NCBI GenBank assembly: GCA_963732445.1
Contig: CAVSZJ010000008.1
Coordinates: 337,008 to 401,007 of the forward strand
Length of the DNA: 64,000 bases
Direction of reading: 5' to 3'
Source: Vicinamibacterales bacterium
Lineage (GTDB): Bacteria > Acidobacteriota > Vicinamibacteria > Vicinamibacterales > JAMQPK01
A program made the position numbers and the translations under genes. Under the pieces are notes generated by a model that was not told the origin of the DNA, searched no databases, and saw nothing but the letters and a program-made list of their open reading frames with translations. This document shows, one piece after another, positions 23,354 through 32,448 of the stretch; the stretch's first letter is position 1; every line of letters starts with the position of its first letter.

Positions 23354-23761
23354 ATGACAGGGATCCTCAAGGCCCAAACCCGGCGCACCGTCCTTGTCGT
23401 CGAGGACGCGCTGACGACTCGGTGCATTCTCGAGCAGTTTTTCGCACGGGCCGGTTGCGAGGTGCTTCACGCGAGCGACCCCGAAACCGCGCTGATGCGA
23501 TTGAAATCATCGGCCATCGACGCTGTCATTCTCGATCTTCGGCTGGCGGACGAGCGCTCGGGCCTCGAGGTACTCGAACAAATGCGGCTCGATGAGCGGT
23601 ACGACGATGTGCCGGTGGTGGTGCTGACCGGGGTCAACGAAGTCGACGCGGCGGAGGACGAAATCATCCAGCGCCACGGCGCTCACCTGTTGTACAAACG
23701 CTTCGGCTATCGCGAAGTCGTCCAGCGCCTCGAGAAGATCCTCACCGCGGTAGCGGCGTAA
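23354..23761 (+). CDS. Single-domain response regulator (CheY-like receiver)
   Basis: Last 136 codons of ORF 22178..23761(+), from ATG 23354. TVLVVEDALTTR..; phospho-acceptor context AVILDLRLAD; VVVLTG; ..LYKRF. The upstream part of the ORF is antisense to the VWFA gene. Confidence 0.8.
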   Translation: MTGILKAQTRRTVLVVEDALTTRCILEQFFARAGCEVLHASDPETALMRLKSSAIDAVILDLRLADERSGLEVLEQMRLDERYDDVPVVVLTGVNEVDAAEDEIIQRHGAHLLYKRFGYREVVQRLEKILTAVAA

Positions 23762-23783
23762 CCCATCGACTCGCTCCGCTCGC

Positions 23784-24839
23784 TCAGGGCAGGGCATAAG
23801 TTTTTCTGAACCCGTTGCGGCTGTTCGTCACCGTGAACGAACCGTCGGACTGCGCCGACACGTGAATCCAATGCGCCGGGCTGTGCAGAGGGTCGTCGCC
23901 AATGTTCGCGACGAACAGTTTCGGGATCGCATGCTCTGGCCCGCTCAGCTGCGCAGCGTGAACCTGCCATAGATCTTCAAGCCCCGGACTCGAATGCAGC
24001 ACGCGCATCGTCTCAGGCTGACCACCTTTGCGGATGCCGTTGTTGATCACACCGATCCGCGGCCGCAGCGCGTGAACCAGGGCCGCGGAATTCGAGCTGT
24101 GCTGGCCGTGGCGGGAGACCAGGAGAAACTCGACCGTGCCTATACGGTTATCAGGGCACATCAATTCGAATTCCTTGTTCCATGGAAAATCGGCGAGGTA
24201 CAGCGCGCGGAACCTTCCGAAGGTCACGTGCGAGCCGACCGAGTGCTCGTCCTCGGTGTTGCCGAGCGGCCCGCCCGACACCGGATTCACGGTGTGCGGT
24301 GTGAATCCGGAACAATGCGGGTTCGGCCGGCCGGCCCCCGGCAACGCACGCGTGATGCTGTCACGCGCGGATGCGACGAACCGCCATTCGACATCCTTTA
24401 GTGGGAGCCTGTCTCCGGCTTTCACCGACGTGTGCTTCGACGCCGCAATGAGACCGGGGTACACGTCCTTCATGAACGCGTCGATCGCGGGCGCCGGCTG
24501 CACGTTGCTGCCATGATCCAGGTAGTGGCGAATCGGTATGCGACGAGCCAGCTCCGCCATCGCGCCCATGTGATCTCCGTGCCAGTGCGACGTCACGAGG
24601 GCATCAATCTGCGTGATCCCCGCATCCTTCACGGCAGCCATGATGCGATCGGCGTCCCGAACGGCGGCCGGCCCGCCGTTCCCCGTGTCGATCAGCACCG
24701 CTTCGCGCGACGGCGTCACGAACAACGTGGCGTTCCCGCCCTCCACGTCGAGAACATAGACATCGAGCGTTTTCGGCTGCGCGGACAGCAGCACCGCAGA
24801 TGATGCGGCGGCGATCCATAGGAGTGCTGCGTGTTTCAT
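23784..24839 (-). CDS. MBL-fold metallo-hydrolase, secreted
   Basis: ORF 23784..24839(-), 351 aa. Signal MKHAALLWIAAASSAVLLSAQ. VLIDTGNGG and TSHWHGDH (HxHxDH) motifs. Confidence 0.8.
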   Translation of the reverse strand: MKHAALLWIAAASSAVLLSAQPKTLDVYVLDVEGGNATLFVTPSREAVLIDTGNGGPAAVRDADRIMAAVKDAGITQIDALVTSHWHGDHMGAMAELARRIPIRHYLDHGSNVQPAPAIDAFMKDVYPGLIAASKHTSVKAGDRLPLKDVEWRFVASARDSITRALPGAGRPNPHCSGFTPHTVNPVSGGPLGNTEDEHSVGSHVTFGRFRALYLADFPWNKEFELMCPDNRIGTVEFLLVSRHGQHSSNSAALVHALRPRIGVINNGIRKGGQPETMRVLHSSPGLEDLWQVHAAQLSGPEHAIPKLFVANIGDDPLHSPAHWIHVSAQSDGSFTVTNSRNGFRKTYALP

Positions 24840-24860
24840 CGTGGCAAGCCTCGAAGCAGA

Positions 24861-24879
24861 GTCCGGCTTTCAGCCGGAC
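24861..24879. repeat. REP-like hairpin GTCCGGCTTTCAGCCGGAC
   Basis: Same stem as the hairpins at 4131 and 37761. Intergenic between two minus-strand genes. Confidence 0.8.
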
Positions 24880-24882
24880 CGG

Positions 24883-25329
24883 TTACTGCCAGTACGAAAG
24901 GATGAGCCCGAACAGTATCAGCCGCGTCAGATCGAACGCGGAATTGATCAGCACCAGGCCCCAGCCTTTCATCTCCCACGCCACGCGGTTCATCTGCACC
25001 GGAAAGAAAAATCCAAACCAGTTGAAGAACCCTGCGTTGACCGCGTAGATCCACGGCGCCGCATCCGGTGAAAGCCCCCACGACGAGGCTTGCCATGCTT
25101 CGATGCTGTGAGCGAGCACCCAGGCGATCAGCAGATTGCTGATGAAGAAGATGGCCATCGACTTCCCCATCGATCCCGCGTCTGGCGGCTGCATATCGCC
25201 CATTCCCATGTGCCGGGCCCATGTCTTCCCGAACAGCGGACCGAACCACAGGAACCCGACGGGCATTGCCACGACAGCGCACGCGAGAACCGCGAGATAG
25301 TTGATGTTCATCGCCGGCAACATGGACAC
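24883..25329 (-). CDS. DUF1761-like small membrane protein
   Basis: ORF 24883..25329(-), 148 aa. NINYLAVLACAVVAMPVGFLWFGPLFGKTW and four hydrophobic helices. Confidence 0.55.
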   Translation of the reverse strand: MSMLPAMNINYLAVLACAVVAMPVGFLWFGPLFGKTWARHMGMGDMQPPDAGSMGKSMAIFFISNLLIAWVLAHSIEAWQASSWGLSPDAAPWIYAVNAGFFNWFGFFFPVQMNRVAWEMKGWGLVLINSAFDLTRLILFGLILSYWQ

Positions 25330-25344
25330 GCTTCTTTCTTAGTT

Positions 25345-25393
25345 GTCGTGGGGCCCCACCCCCACGACCTGTATCTCGCGACCTTTCGGTCGC
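25345..25393 (-). repeat. Two GC-rich stem-loops between genes (REP-like / possible terminator)
   Basis: GTCGTGGGG-CCCCA-CCCCACGAC (25345-25368) and GCGACC-TTTC-GGTCGC (25378-25393), 3' of the acetyltransferase gene. No U-tract follows. Confidence 0.4.
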
Positions 25394-25422
25394 TCGACGA
25401 TGTTTGCGGCAACCTGCCGGGC

Positions 25423-26052
25423 TTAAGTCCCTCGCAGATAGCCGCTGAACCGCTCGAAGAATCGCGCCACGTCGAGGCCGTCGACAAGGGCGTGGTGCAC
25501 TTCGACCGCCACGGGCATCGTCATGCGTCGCCCCTCGCGCGAGCATCGCCCGAATACGATCCGCGGAATCGAGTCGCCCTTCCCTGGCAGCGCATTGCTG
25601 AACGACGAGAACCGAAGCCACGGCAGGACCGAATGAAACACGATGTCATCGTCTGTATGATTCGTCGACGCGAGGCCCCTTTGGGTCTTCGCGTGTGCGA
25701 TCGCCGCTCTCGCTCGCGCCGAAAACTGATGCAGAGTGTCCGCCGGCTCGAGCCGGACGAAGCCGAATGTCTCGTCTGGCCGCATGATGGTCGGCCCGAC
25801 CGCGACGCGGTCGTGGCGCCACACGCCCCGCGGACGCAGGCGCAGGCGAAACGCCTCGACATCATTCGCGGCGTTCAACATCAGAAACAGTGACGACAGG
25901 AAGAAGGACGTTGCGCCGCGCGGGCGCGACTTGTTCCAGATGGCGGTGACGTCGACGTCTACGGTAACGCTGAAAAAGGGCCGCTCGTACCTGCGAAACC
26001 ACCTATGGTGGTCGCGCCGCTTCCACTCCCGAAGGTCGATCAACCCCGCCAT
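25423..26052 (-). CDS. CatA-like (type A chloramphenicol O-acetyltransferase family) acyltransferase
   Basis: ORF 25423..26052(-), 209 aa. IDLREWKRRDHHRWFRRYERPFFSVTVDVDVT (CAT N-terminal pattern) and VAVEVHHALVDGLDVARFF (catalytic HHAxxDG motif). Confidence 0.7.
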   Translation of the reverse strand: MAGLIDLREWKRRDHHRWFRRYERPFFSVTVDVDVTAIWNKSRPRGATSFFLSSLFLMLNAANDVEAFRLRLRPRGVWRHDRVAVGPTIMRPDETFGFVRLEPADTLHQFSARARAAIAHAKTQRGLASTNHTDDDIVFHSVLPWLRFSSFSNALPGKGDSIPRIVFGRCSREGRRMTMPVAVEVHHALVDGLDVARFFERFSGYLRGT

Positions 26053-26053
26053 C

Positions 26054-26109
26054 TGGACTTGGGGCTCTGGGCTCTAGACTTTGGCCTATTGCCTTTCGCC
26101 TCTCGCCTT
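26054..26109 (-). repeat. Degenerate heptanucleotide tandem array (8 units)
   Basis: Plus strand: TGGACTT GGGGCTC TGGGCTC TAGACTT TGGCCTA TTGCCTT TCGCCTC TCGCCTT. Minus strand reads RAG at a fixed phase (AAGGCGA GAGGCGA AAGGCAA TAGGCCA AAGTCTA GAGCCCA ...). Abuts the TGA stop at 26109-26111. Confidence 0.85.
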
Positions 26110-26918
26110 CAGTACCCCGTATACCCTTCCGTCATCTCGATATAGACACCGGTCGGATCGTACAAGTAGGAGATGTTGAGGCCGATCGCCGGCACCTCGC
26201 GATAGGCGGTTTCGAGCTTCAGGCCCTTCGCCTCGAGCTTCTTCAGAAACTCCGCCAGGTTCCGGATCTCGAAGCCGATGTGATCGACGGTCGTGCCGCG
26301 CGTGTTTTCGGCCGTTGGAGCAGTTTTCGAGGGCGCAAAGATCAACCGCATGCCCGGCGCGTCTGCGATCTGGAAGTTGCCGGCGGTGCTGGGTGTCAAT
26401 CCGTAGGTATCGACGTACCAGTCGCGCAGCTTCTCAGGCTCGGGGAGAGTGAAGTGCAGATGGTAGGCGCTGGCAGGAACCTTGAGCGTCGTATCTTCCT
26501 GCAGCTCGAACCGTAAGCCATCGGGACCGATCAGGAACGCATTCGGAAAGCCTTCGCTCCCCTTGAACTCGCGTTCAACCGTGTACCCGGCGTCGCGCCA
26601 CTTCTTCAGCGCGTTGGCCATGCTCGGCACCTTCAATCCGAAGTGATTGAACGCGGTGTTCTCGGTTCCGCCAGTCGGCTTGGTGCCGCGGAAGGCGATC
26701 ATCATGTTGGGCAGCTTGACGATCGTGAACTTGCCTTGGGACGGGCCGGTCGATACGACGCCGCCGAACTGGTCGACCCACATTTGATGATGGACTTTGG
26801 GATCGGCAACGCTGAGATGGACGTGCCCGAAGGTCACGCCGGCGGCGTTGTGCGGTGCGAGCTGGGCATACGCCGGCTGCGCACTGAGCAGCGCCATGGC
26901 AATCAAGAACGGTTTCAT
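26109..26918 (-). CDS. Secreted two-module VOC (glyoxalase/bleomycin-resistance/dioxygenase fold) protein
   Basis: ORF 26109..26918(-), 269 aa. Signal MKPFLIAMALLSAQPAYAQ. FGHVHLSVAD.. and VDHIGFEIRN.. are the paired VOC metal-site starts. Confidence 0.7.
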   Translation of the reverse strand: MKPFLIAMALLSAQPAYAQLAPHNAAGVTFGHVHLSVADPKVHHQMWVDQFGGVVSTGPSQGKFTIVKLPNMMIAFRGTKPTGGTENTAFNHFGLKVPSMANALKKWRDAGYTVEREFKGSEGFPNAFLIGPDGLRFELQEDTTLKVPASAYHLHFTLPEPEKLRDWYVDTYGLTPSTAGNFQIADAPGMRLIFAPSKTAPTAENTRGTTVDHIGFEIRNLAEFLKKLEAKGLKLETAYREVPAIGLNISYLYDPTGVYIEMTEGYTGY

Positions 26919-26940
26919 GCTGTCCTCCGGGGCGGTACTT

Positions 26941-26989
26941 TAGCGTACTAGCGGGTAGCTCGTAGCTGGTAGGTCGTAGCCTGTCGCTC
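26941..26989 (+). repeat. Heptanucleotide tandem array (GTAGNNN type, 7 units)
   Basis: TAGCGTA CTAGCGG GTAGCTC GTAGCTG GTAGGTC GTAGCCT GTCGCTC. Lies 5' of the four-helix-bundle gene and is inverted relative to the array at 27504-27538. Confidence 0.9.
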
Positions 26990-27106
26990 GTGTTCGAGAA
27001 TTGCAGAAAGTGCGATCCTCCAGATTTCCGATTCTGCCACTTGAACTCAGATGTCGCCCGTTTCCCAGCAGCAGCGCATAGCACACGGATTGCAGGCAAT
27101 CAACGT

Positions 27107-27481
27107 ATGTCTGACAGTGAGTCGTTTCATGACCTGCAGGTGTGGCAAAAATCGATGACGCTTGTGGAGGAAATCTATCGGGTCACTACTGGATTTCCGC
27201 GTCACGAACAATTCGGCCTCACGTCCCAAATCAGACGAGCGAGCGTCTCGATTGCGTCGAACATCGGAGAAGGGAAACGGCGCAAGCGACAGCTGGTGTT
27301 CTTGAATCATCTCGACATCGCGCTAGGATCACAGGCCGAGGTCGAGGTCCAGTTGGAAATCGCAAAGCGCGTTGGCATCCTGCCCGCTCGCGACCACGAA
27401 CGCATTCACGCGATGGTTGAAGAAGTTGGCCGGATGTTGAACGGCCTGATTGCCTCCATGCCCGCCAGCAGGAAGTCGTAG
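27107..27481 (+). CDS. Four-helix-bundle protein (TIGR02436 / 23S rRNA intervening-sequence protein family)
   Basis: ORF 26990..27481(+), from ATG 27107. FHDLQVWQKSMTLVEEIYRVTTGFPRHEQFGLTSQIRRASVSIASNIGEG is the family signature. Confidence 0.8.
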   Translation: MSDSESFHDLQVWQKSMTLVEEIYRVTTGFPRHEQFGLTSQIRRASVSIASNIGEGKRRKRQLVFLNHLDIALGSQAEVEVQLEIAKRVGILPARDHERIHAMVEEVGRMLNGLIASMPASRKS

Positions 27482-27503
27482 CTAACGAGCGTGAGTACCG
27501 TAT

Positions 27504-27538
27504 GGCTACCGGCTACCACCTACCAGCTACTACCTAGC
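27504..27538 (-). repeat. Heptanucleotide tandem array (NNNGTAG type, 5 units)
   Basis: Plus strand: GGCTACC GGCTACC ACCTACC AGCTACT ACCTAGC. Contains the TAG stop (27530-27532) of the DUF1080-like gene. Confidence 0.9.
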
Positions 27539-28342
27539 CCCGTCATACCCCCGCAACGGCCGAATCCAGATATTCCGATAGCTGACGGGATTGCCATGAT
27601 CCTGAAGCGCAAGCGGGCCGGTCGCCATGTCCGGCGTGTACGGCATGACGCTGCGGTGGCGCGTCGGCCCCCAGAACGCTGTGGCGTGATGTACGACGAT
27701 GCCGTTGTGGATGACGGTGACGATCGCCGGCTTGTCGAGCGTACCGTCGGCGGCGAAGCGCGGCGCGGTGAAGATGATGTCGTAAATCTGCCATTGCCCG
27801 GGAGCGCGGGCGACATTCACGAGCGGCGGATACTGCCCGTACATCGACGCGGCCTGGCCGTCGGCGTATGTGATGTTGCGATAGCTGTCGAGCACCTGAA
27901 TCTCAAAGTGGCCGAGCAGGAACACGCCGCTGTTGCCGCGTCCCTGGCTGTCACCCTTCACCTCCGCTGGCGTGGCGAACTCGACGTGCAGCTGCACGTC
28001 GGTGAATTGCTGCTTCGTGCGCAGCATGCCCTTGCCGGTCTGCAGCACGCCGCCTTTCATGCTCCATGTTGCAGGCGATCCGGTCGCCATCTGCCAGGCG
28101 CCAAGATCGTCACCCGCGCCGACGAGCACGATCGCATCGGACGGCGGAACACTGAGCGTCGCCGACGGTGGCGGTGGCGTGACGATCGGCGGATGCGGGC
28201 GCGTTCCGTCGTGCACGCGCCACTTGCCGTTCGGCTGCATCGGTGTGTCGTCGTAGCCGACCGGCGCCGGTTGTTGTCCAGACGCAGCAACCGTCAATAT
28301 CAGGACGATCAGGAGCGCGGTTTCAGTTCGTGTCATCGCCAA
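27530..28342 (-). CDS. DUF1080-like (3-keto-disaccharide hydrolase / concanavalin-like) secreted protein
   Basis: ORF 27530..28342(-), 270 aa. Signal ..ALLIVLILTVAASGQ. TKQQFTDVQLHVEF, NSGVFLLGHFEIQVLDS, LALQDHGNPVSYRNIWIRPL. Confidence 0.75.
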   Translation of the reverse strand: MAMTRTETALLIVLILTVAASGQQPAPVGYDDTPMQPNGKWRVHDGTRPHPPIVTPPPPSATLSVPPSDAIVLVGAGDDLGAWQMATGSPATWSMKGGVLQTGKGMLRTKQQFTDVQLHVEFATPAEVKGDSQGRGNSGVFLLGHFEIQVLDSYRNITYADGQAASMYGQYPPLVNVARAPGQWQIYDIIFTAPRFAADGTLDKPAIVTVIHNGIVVHHATAFWGPTRHRSVMPYTPDMATGPLALQDHGNPVSYRNIWIRPLRGYDGAR

Positions 28343-29720
28343 ATGTCCTCATGAGCTCGAGCCAGAACTGGGTGGCTTTATAGAACGACTCCGCGGCGAC
28401 CCGCTCATCTTTCCCGTGCGCGCGCACATCATCAGGGTTCGAATCAATCGCGGACACGCCGTACGTCGGAATGCCGTTGCTCCGGGTATACATGCCGTCG
28501 GTGGCTCCCGCCTGCATCACCGGGATGACCGGAATGCCCGGCCAGTGCTTTGCGACAAGCGGCTCGATGCGCGACAGCAGCGCAGGCGTCAACGCGGACG
28601 GAGGACTGGCGATCGGCGCTTCGATGACGGTGACCGTCACCTTGTCGCCCGCGAGCCTGCGGATGACCGTCTCGACGTCTGCGCCCGGCGTGCCGGGCAG
28701 AATCCGGCAATTCACCACAGCGCGCGCGAGCTGCGGCAGCGCGTTGTTGGCGTGGCCGGCGGCTACCGTCGTGGCCACGCATGTCGTGCGGAGCTGCGCG
28801 TTGTAGAACGGCGATCGCGACAGCCGCGCGGCAGCGGCCAAATCGGGCTTGACTGCTGCGACCGCGCGCAGGTCAATCGCCGTCTGTCCACTCTCGCTGA
28901 GCGCCGATCGCTCGAAGAACATCCTCGTCACATCATTCATCTGCAGCGGGAACTGATGATCCCCTATCCGCGTGAGCGCGGCGGCGAGCGTGTAGATGGG
29001 ATTGTCGGGTCTGACGAGCGAGCTGTGACCCCCGGCGTCCGTCACCTCGAGCTGGTAATCGGCGTAGACCTTTTCGCTCGCCTGCACTTCGAACACCGCC
29101 GGGCGGCCATTCCTCAACAGCACGCCGCCGCCGTCCGTGTTGAATGCCAGGTCTGCGTTGACCAATTCTCGATGGGTCTTGAGGATCGACTGGATGCTCC
29201 GCTGCGCCGTCTCTTCGTCTCCGGTCAAGAGCACGATCAGATCGCGGGCGGGCTGCCACCCGGCGCGCTTCAACGTGATCAGGTTGGCGACGAGCATTGC
29301 TGCCCCAGCCTTGTTGTCGCCCGTTCCCCGGCCGTAAAACCAGCCGTCACGCTCGAGAAGCGTCCAGGGATCAACGGACCAGTCTTCGCGTCGAGCGGGC
29401 ACGACGTCGATGTGGGCCATCAGCAGAACACCGCGTGACCCGGTCGCTCTCCCGCGGAAGCGCGCGACAACGTTCGCCACCTTGGCGCCGGTGTTGATGA
29501 CAGTGACGTCCTGCTTCGGAAGACCCGCGGCAACGAGACGCGCGGCAATGGCCTGCGCCGCGCGGCTGGTGCCGTCGGCATCGGTGGTAGGAATCTCGAC
29601 CAGCTCTTCGAGAATCTCGCGCGCGAGCGCGCGATCGGCGACAGGTGCGGGCTGCGCGGCTACGTTGATACAGAACGCCGGCACAACGGCGAGTAACGGA
29701 AGCGCGGACAAGATCCTCAT
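28323..29720 (-). CDS. M20/M25/M40-family metallopeptidase, secreted
   Basis: ORF 28323..29804(-). Start at ATG 29720 (MRILSALPLLAVVPAFCINVAAQ); the 28 upstream codons are array-encoded. LLMAHIDVV, GRGTGDNKAG, LLTGDEET. Confidence 0.8.
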   Translation of the reverse strand: MRILSALPLLAVVPAFCINVAAQPAPVADRALAREILEELVEIPTTDADGTSRAAQAIAARLVAAGLPKQDVTVINTGAKVANVVARFRGRATGSRGVLLMAHIDVVPARREDWSVDPWTLLERDGWFYGRGTGDNKAGAAMLVANLITLKRAGWQPARDLIVLLTGDEETAQRSIQSILKTHRELVNADLAFNTDGGGVLLRNGRPAVFEVQASEKVYADYQLEVTDAGGHSSLVRPDNPIYTLAAALTRIGDHQFPLQMNDVTRMFFERSALSESGQTAIDLRAVAAVKPDLAAAARLSRSPFYNAQLRTTCVATTVAAGHANNALPQLARAVVNCRILPGTPGADVETVIRRLAGDKVTVTVIEAPIASPPSALTPALLSRIEPLVAKHWPGIPVIPVMQAGATDGMYTRSNGIPTYGVSAIDSNPDDVRAHGKDERVAAESFYKATQFWLELMRTFGDDTN

Positions 29721-29804
29721 GACTCTGGGCTCTGGGCTCTCGACTCTGGGCTCTGGGCTCTGGGCTCTCGACTCTGGACTGACGACTGACGACTGACGAC
29801 TCAC
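29721..29804 (-). repeat. Composite heptanucleotide tandem array (12 units)
   Basis: Plus strand: GACTCTG GGCTCTG GGCTCTC GACTCTG GGCTCTG GGCTCTG GGCTCTC GACTCTG GACTGAC x3 GACTCAC. Fills the whole gap between the NUDIX stop (TGA 29801-29803) and the peptidase start (29720). Confidence 0.95.
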
Positions 29805-30220
29805 CTCGGCTTCCGTCTCCTCTCGAGCTTGGTCGCAGCGGCATCGAGCAGCGGCTCAACCGGGTGGTTCTTCAACTGCTCAAATGCCTCGCCCACCGGC
29901 CACCATGCGCGCTCGCGGATCCCGGATTCCTCCCACTTGTCTTCCTGACCGCTGACCTCCATCAAATACACGGATACGGTCAACGCCTGCCCCCACTTCT
30001 CGTACTTATACGCGCCAACTGCGGCGCCGACGATCTGCCCCGTCAACCCAGCCTCTTCCCACGCTTCCTTGAGCGCGGCCTGTTCGACGGTTTCCCCGTC
30101 ATCCACAAAGCCTTTCGGAATCTTCCACTTCCTGCCTCCCTTGTTGCGAATGAGGCACACCTCGATGGTGCCTTTTTTCCGTCGGAAGGGGATAACCCCG
30201 GCCTGCGCGCGACCGCTCAT
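29801..30220 (-). CDS. NUDIX hydrolase
   Basis: ORF 29801..30220(-), 139 aa. Nudix box GFVDDGETVEQAALKEAWEEAGL (GxxxxxExxxxxxxREUxEExGU pattern). Confidence 0.85.
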   Translation of the reverse strand: MSGRAQAGVIPFRRKKGTIEVCLIRNKGGRKWKIPKGFVDDGETVEQAALKEAWEEAGLTGQIVGAAVGAYKYEKWGQALTVSVYLMEVSGQEDKWEESGIRERAWWPVGEAFEQLKNHPVEPLLDAAATKLERRRKPR

Positions 30221-30245
30221 CGATTTGGAGATACTCTAGCATTCC

Positions 30246-30875
30246 ATGCACACACAGCGCCGCCACATGTCCATGCTGCGGTCGTACACACCGGCCGACG
30301 CCCTGACCATCGGGAATGCTGCGTGCGGCACGATCGCCATCTTCCTGTGCCTCGATTACATTGCAGCCGATAACCGCCGGTTCCTGTGGGCGGCCTTTCT
30401 GCTGCTGCCGCTGGCGCTCATCTGCGATGTACTGGACGGCTACGTGGCGCGGCTGAATCGCAAGCGCCAATCGCTGCTGGGCGCCGATCTCGATTCGCTC
30501 GCCGACGTGATCTCATTCGGTGTGGCACCGGCCGTGCTCGGGTTCACTCTTGGTCTGCGCGGCGGGTGGGACATGCTGATCCTCACCTACTTCGTCATCT
30601 GCGGCGTCAGCCGTCTCGCCCGCTTCAATGTGACGGCCTCGGCGCTCTCCGATAGTGAAACCGGCAAGGTGAAATATTTCGAAGGCACGCCGATTCCGAC
30701 GAGCATCGCCATCGTCATGCTGCTGGGGCTCGCGTTGTACCTTGGACGCATCGACGACCGTCTCTGGTTCGGCGCTCACCAGATCGGCCCGGCTCTGCTG
30801 CACCCGCTCGCGCTCGTCTACGGCGTGAGCGGAAGCGCGATGATCAGCGCCACGCTCAGAATCCCGAAGCCTTAG
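30246..30875 (+). CDS. pssA: CDP-diacylglycerol--serine O-phosphatidyltransferase (CDP-alcohol phosphatidyltransferase family)
   Basis: ORF 30246..30875(+), 209 aa. DVLDGYVARLNRKRQSLLGADLDSLADVISFG is the D(x)2DG(x)2AR...G(x)3D(x)3D motif. Multiple TM helices. Confidence 0.8.
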   Translation: MHTQRRHMSMLRSYTPADALTIGNAACGTIAIFLCLDYIAADNRRFLWAAFLLLPLALICDVLDGYVARLNRKRQSLLGADLDSLADVISFGVAPAVLGFTLGLRGGWDMLILTYFVICGVSRLARFNVTASALSDSETGKVKYFEGTPIPTSIAIVMLLGLALYLGRIDDRLWFGAHQIGPALLHPLALVYGVSGSAMISATLRIPKP

Positions 30876-31282
30876 GGTTGCTTCTTGACGAAGATCTCCA
30901 TGATCGTCACTGTCGAGGAGCCCGTGTTCGTGAAGCCGTGGCTGGTGCCGCCCTTGACGAACTGGGCCTGCCACGGCGCCATCTGCTGCGGGGCCTCCGA
31001 TTCGTTCTGGAACCGCATGCCCGCTGACGTGGGAATGAAGAGGTGATACTGCATGTCGTCGTGCGAATGCACGTTGCGCACGCCGCCAGGCGCCACGTCA
31101 ACTCGAAGGACCCGAATCTCGTCCCGGTTGATGAGCGCCGCGTTGCTCACGCCGGTACCCGACGCCGCCGCGATGGGGTTCAGCACGAGCGGTCCGGCTG
31201 TGCCGGGCGTCTGAGCAACGACCGCTGACCCAATCCACAAGACCGCCACGACGACCGCCGATGCGAGTTGCGCTCTCAGCAT
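30872..31282 (-). CDS. Secreted cupin-domain protein
   Basis: ORF 30872..31312(-). Start at ATG 31282 ([24 protein letters not shown]); the upstream 10 codons are array-encoded. [14 protein letters not shown].. and ..[10 protein letters not shown] cupin motifs. Confidence 0.65.
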   Translation of the reverse strand: MLRAQLASAVVVAVLWIGSAVVAQTPGTAGPLVLNPIAAASGTGVSNAALINRDEIRVLRVDVAPGGVRNVHSHDDMQYHLFIPTSAGMRFQNESEAPQQMAPWQAQFVKGGTSHGFTNTGSSTVTIMEIFVKKQP

Positions 31283-31290
31283 GCTGCCCC

Positions 31291-31857
<567 letters not shown>

Positions 31858-31926
31858 TGGTGCCGAAGTCTAGCGCGGAGCGCAGCGCGATCCAAGCGCT
31901 GCCGATACCGTATGACGGGAGCTGCT

Positions 31927-32433
31927 CTACCACGAACGCGCCATGAATCGTCCCTTCTTCCCCGACAACACGTGGAGGGCGCGTGCAACATTGCGCTCGC
32001 GCGCCTCCGGCGACTTCAGCCACGAGAAGTACCGCAGGATTTCTTTCTGGCGGCTCGGAATCAACGCGTCCCAGGCCTTCGCCGCTTTCACGTTCTTTTT
32101 GAGCGGAATGCGAAACCATGCCGGCATCGGGTGCATCGGCCCATTCCGGTATGCCGCATCGAATGCGACGTCGACGGAGACCAGATCGCCGACCGTCGTC
32201 TGCGACGCTTTGCGTACATCTCCATGCAGATATAGATAGAACCCCCCGGTGCCTGTCGGCATCAAGTTGATGCGCCACGGCTTCGCAGCGGGCTTTCCAT
32301 TGACTCTGACGAGCACTGGCAACGGCCGGCGCCAGCCCGACTTCAATACGCGCGCGCGCGATGCGCTGATATCGACGTATGGATTGCCGTCGCGAATCTT
32401 CATGCGCGCACGGAAGGACAGTGTGGTGGCCAC
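31927..32433 (-). CDS. DUF1905 + YdeI/OmpD-associated family protein
   Basis: ORF 31927..32433(-), 168 aa. ..LPVLVRVNGKPAAKPWRINLMPTGTGGFYLYL.. then ..AWDALIPSRQKEILRYFSWLKSPEARERNVARAL. Confidence 0.6.
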   Translation of the reverse strand: MATTLSFRARMKIRDGNPYVDISASRARVLKSGWRRPLPVLVRVNGKPAAKPWRINLMPTGTGGFYLYLHGDVRKASQTTVGDLVSVDVAFDAAYRNGPMHPMPAWFRIPLKKNVKAAKAWDALIPSRQKEILRYFSWLKSPEARERNVARALHVLSGKKGRFMARSW

Positions 32434-32448
32434 GACGCGCCGGCGATC

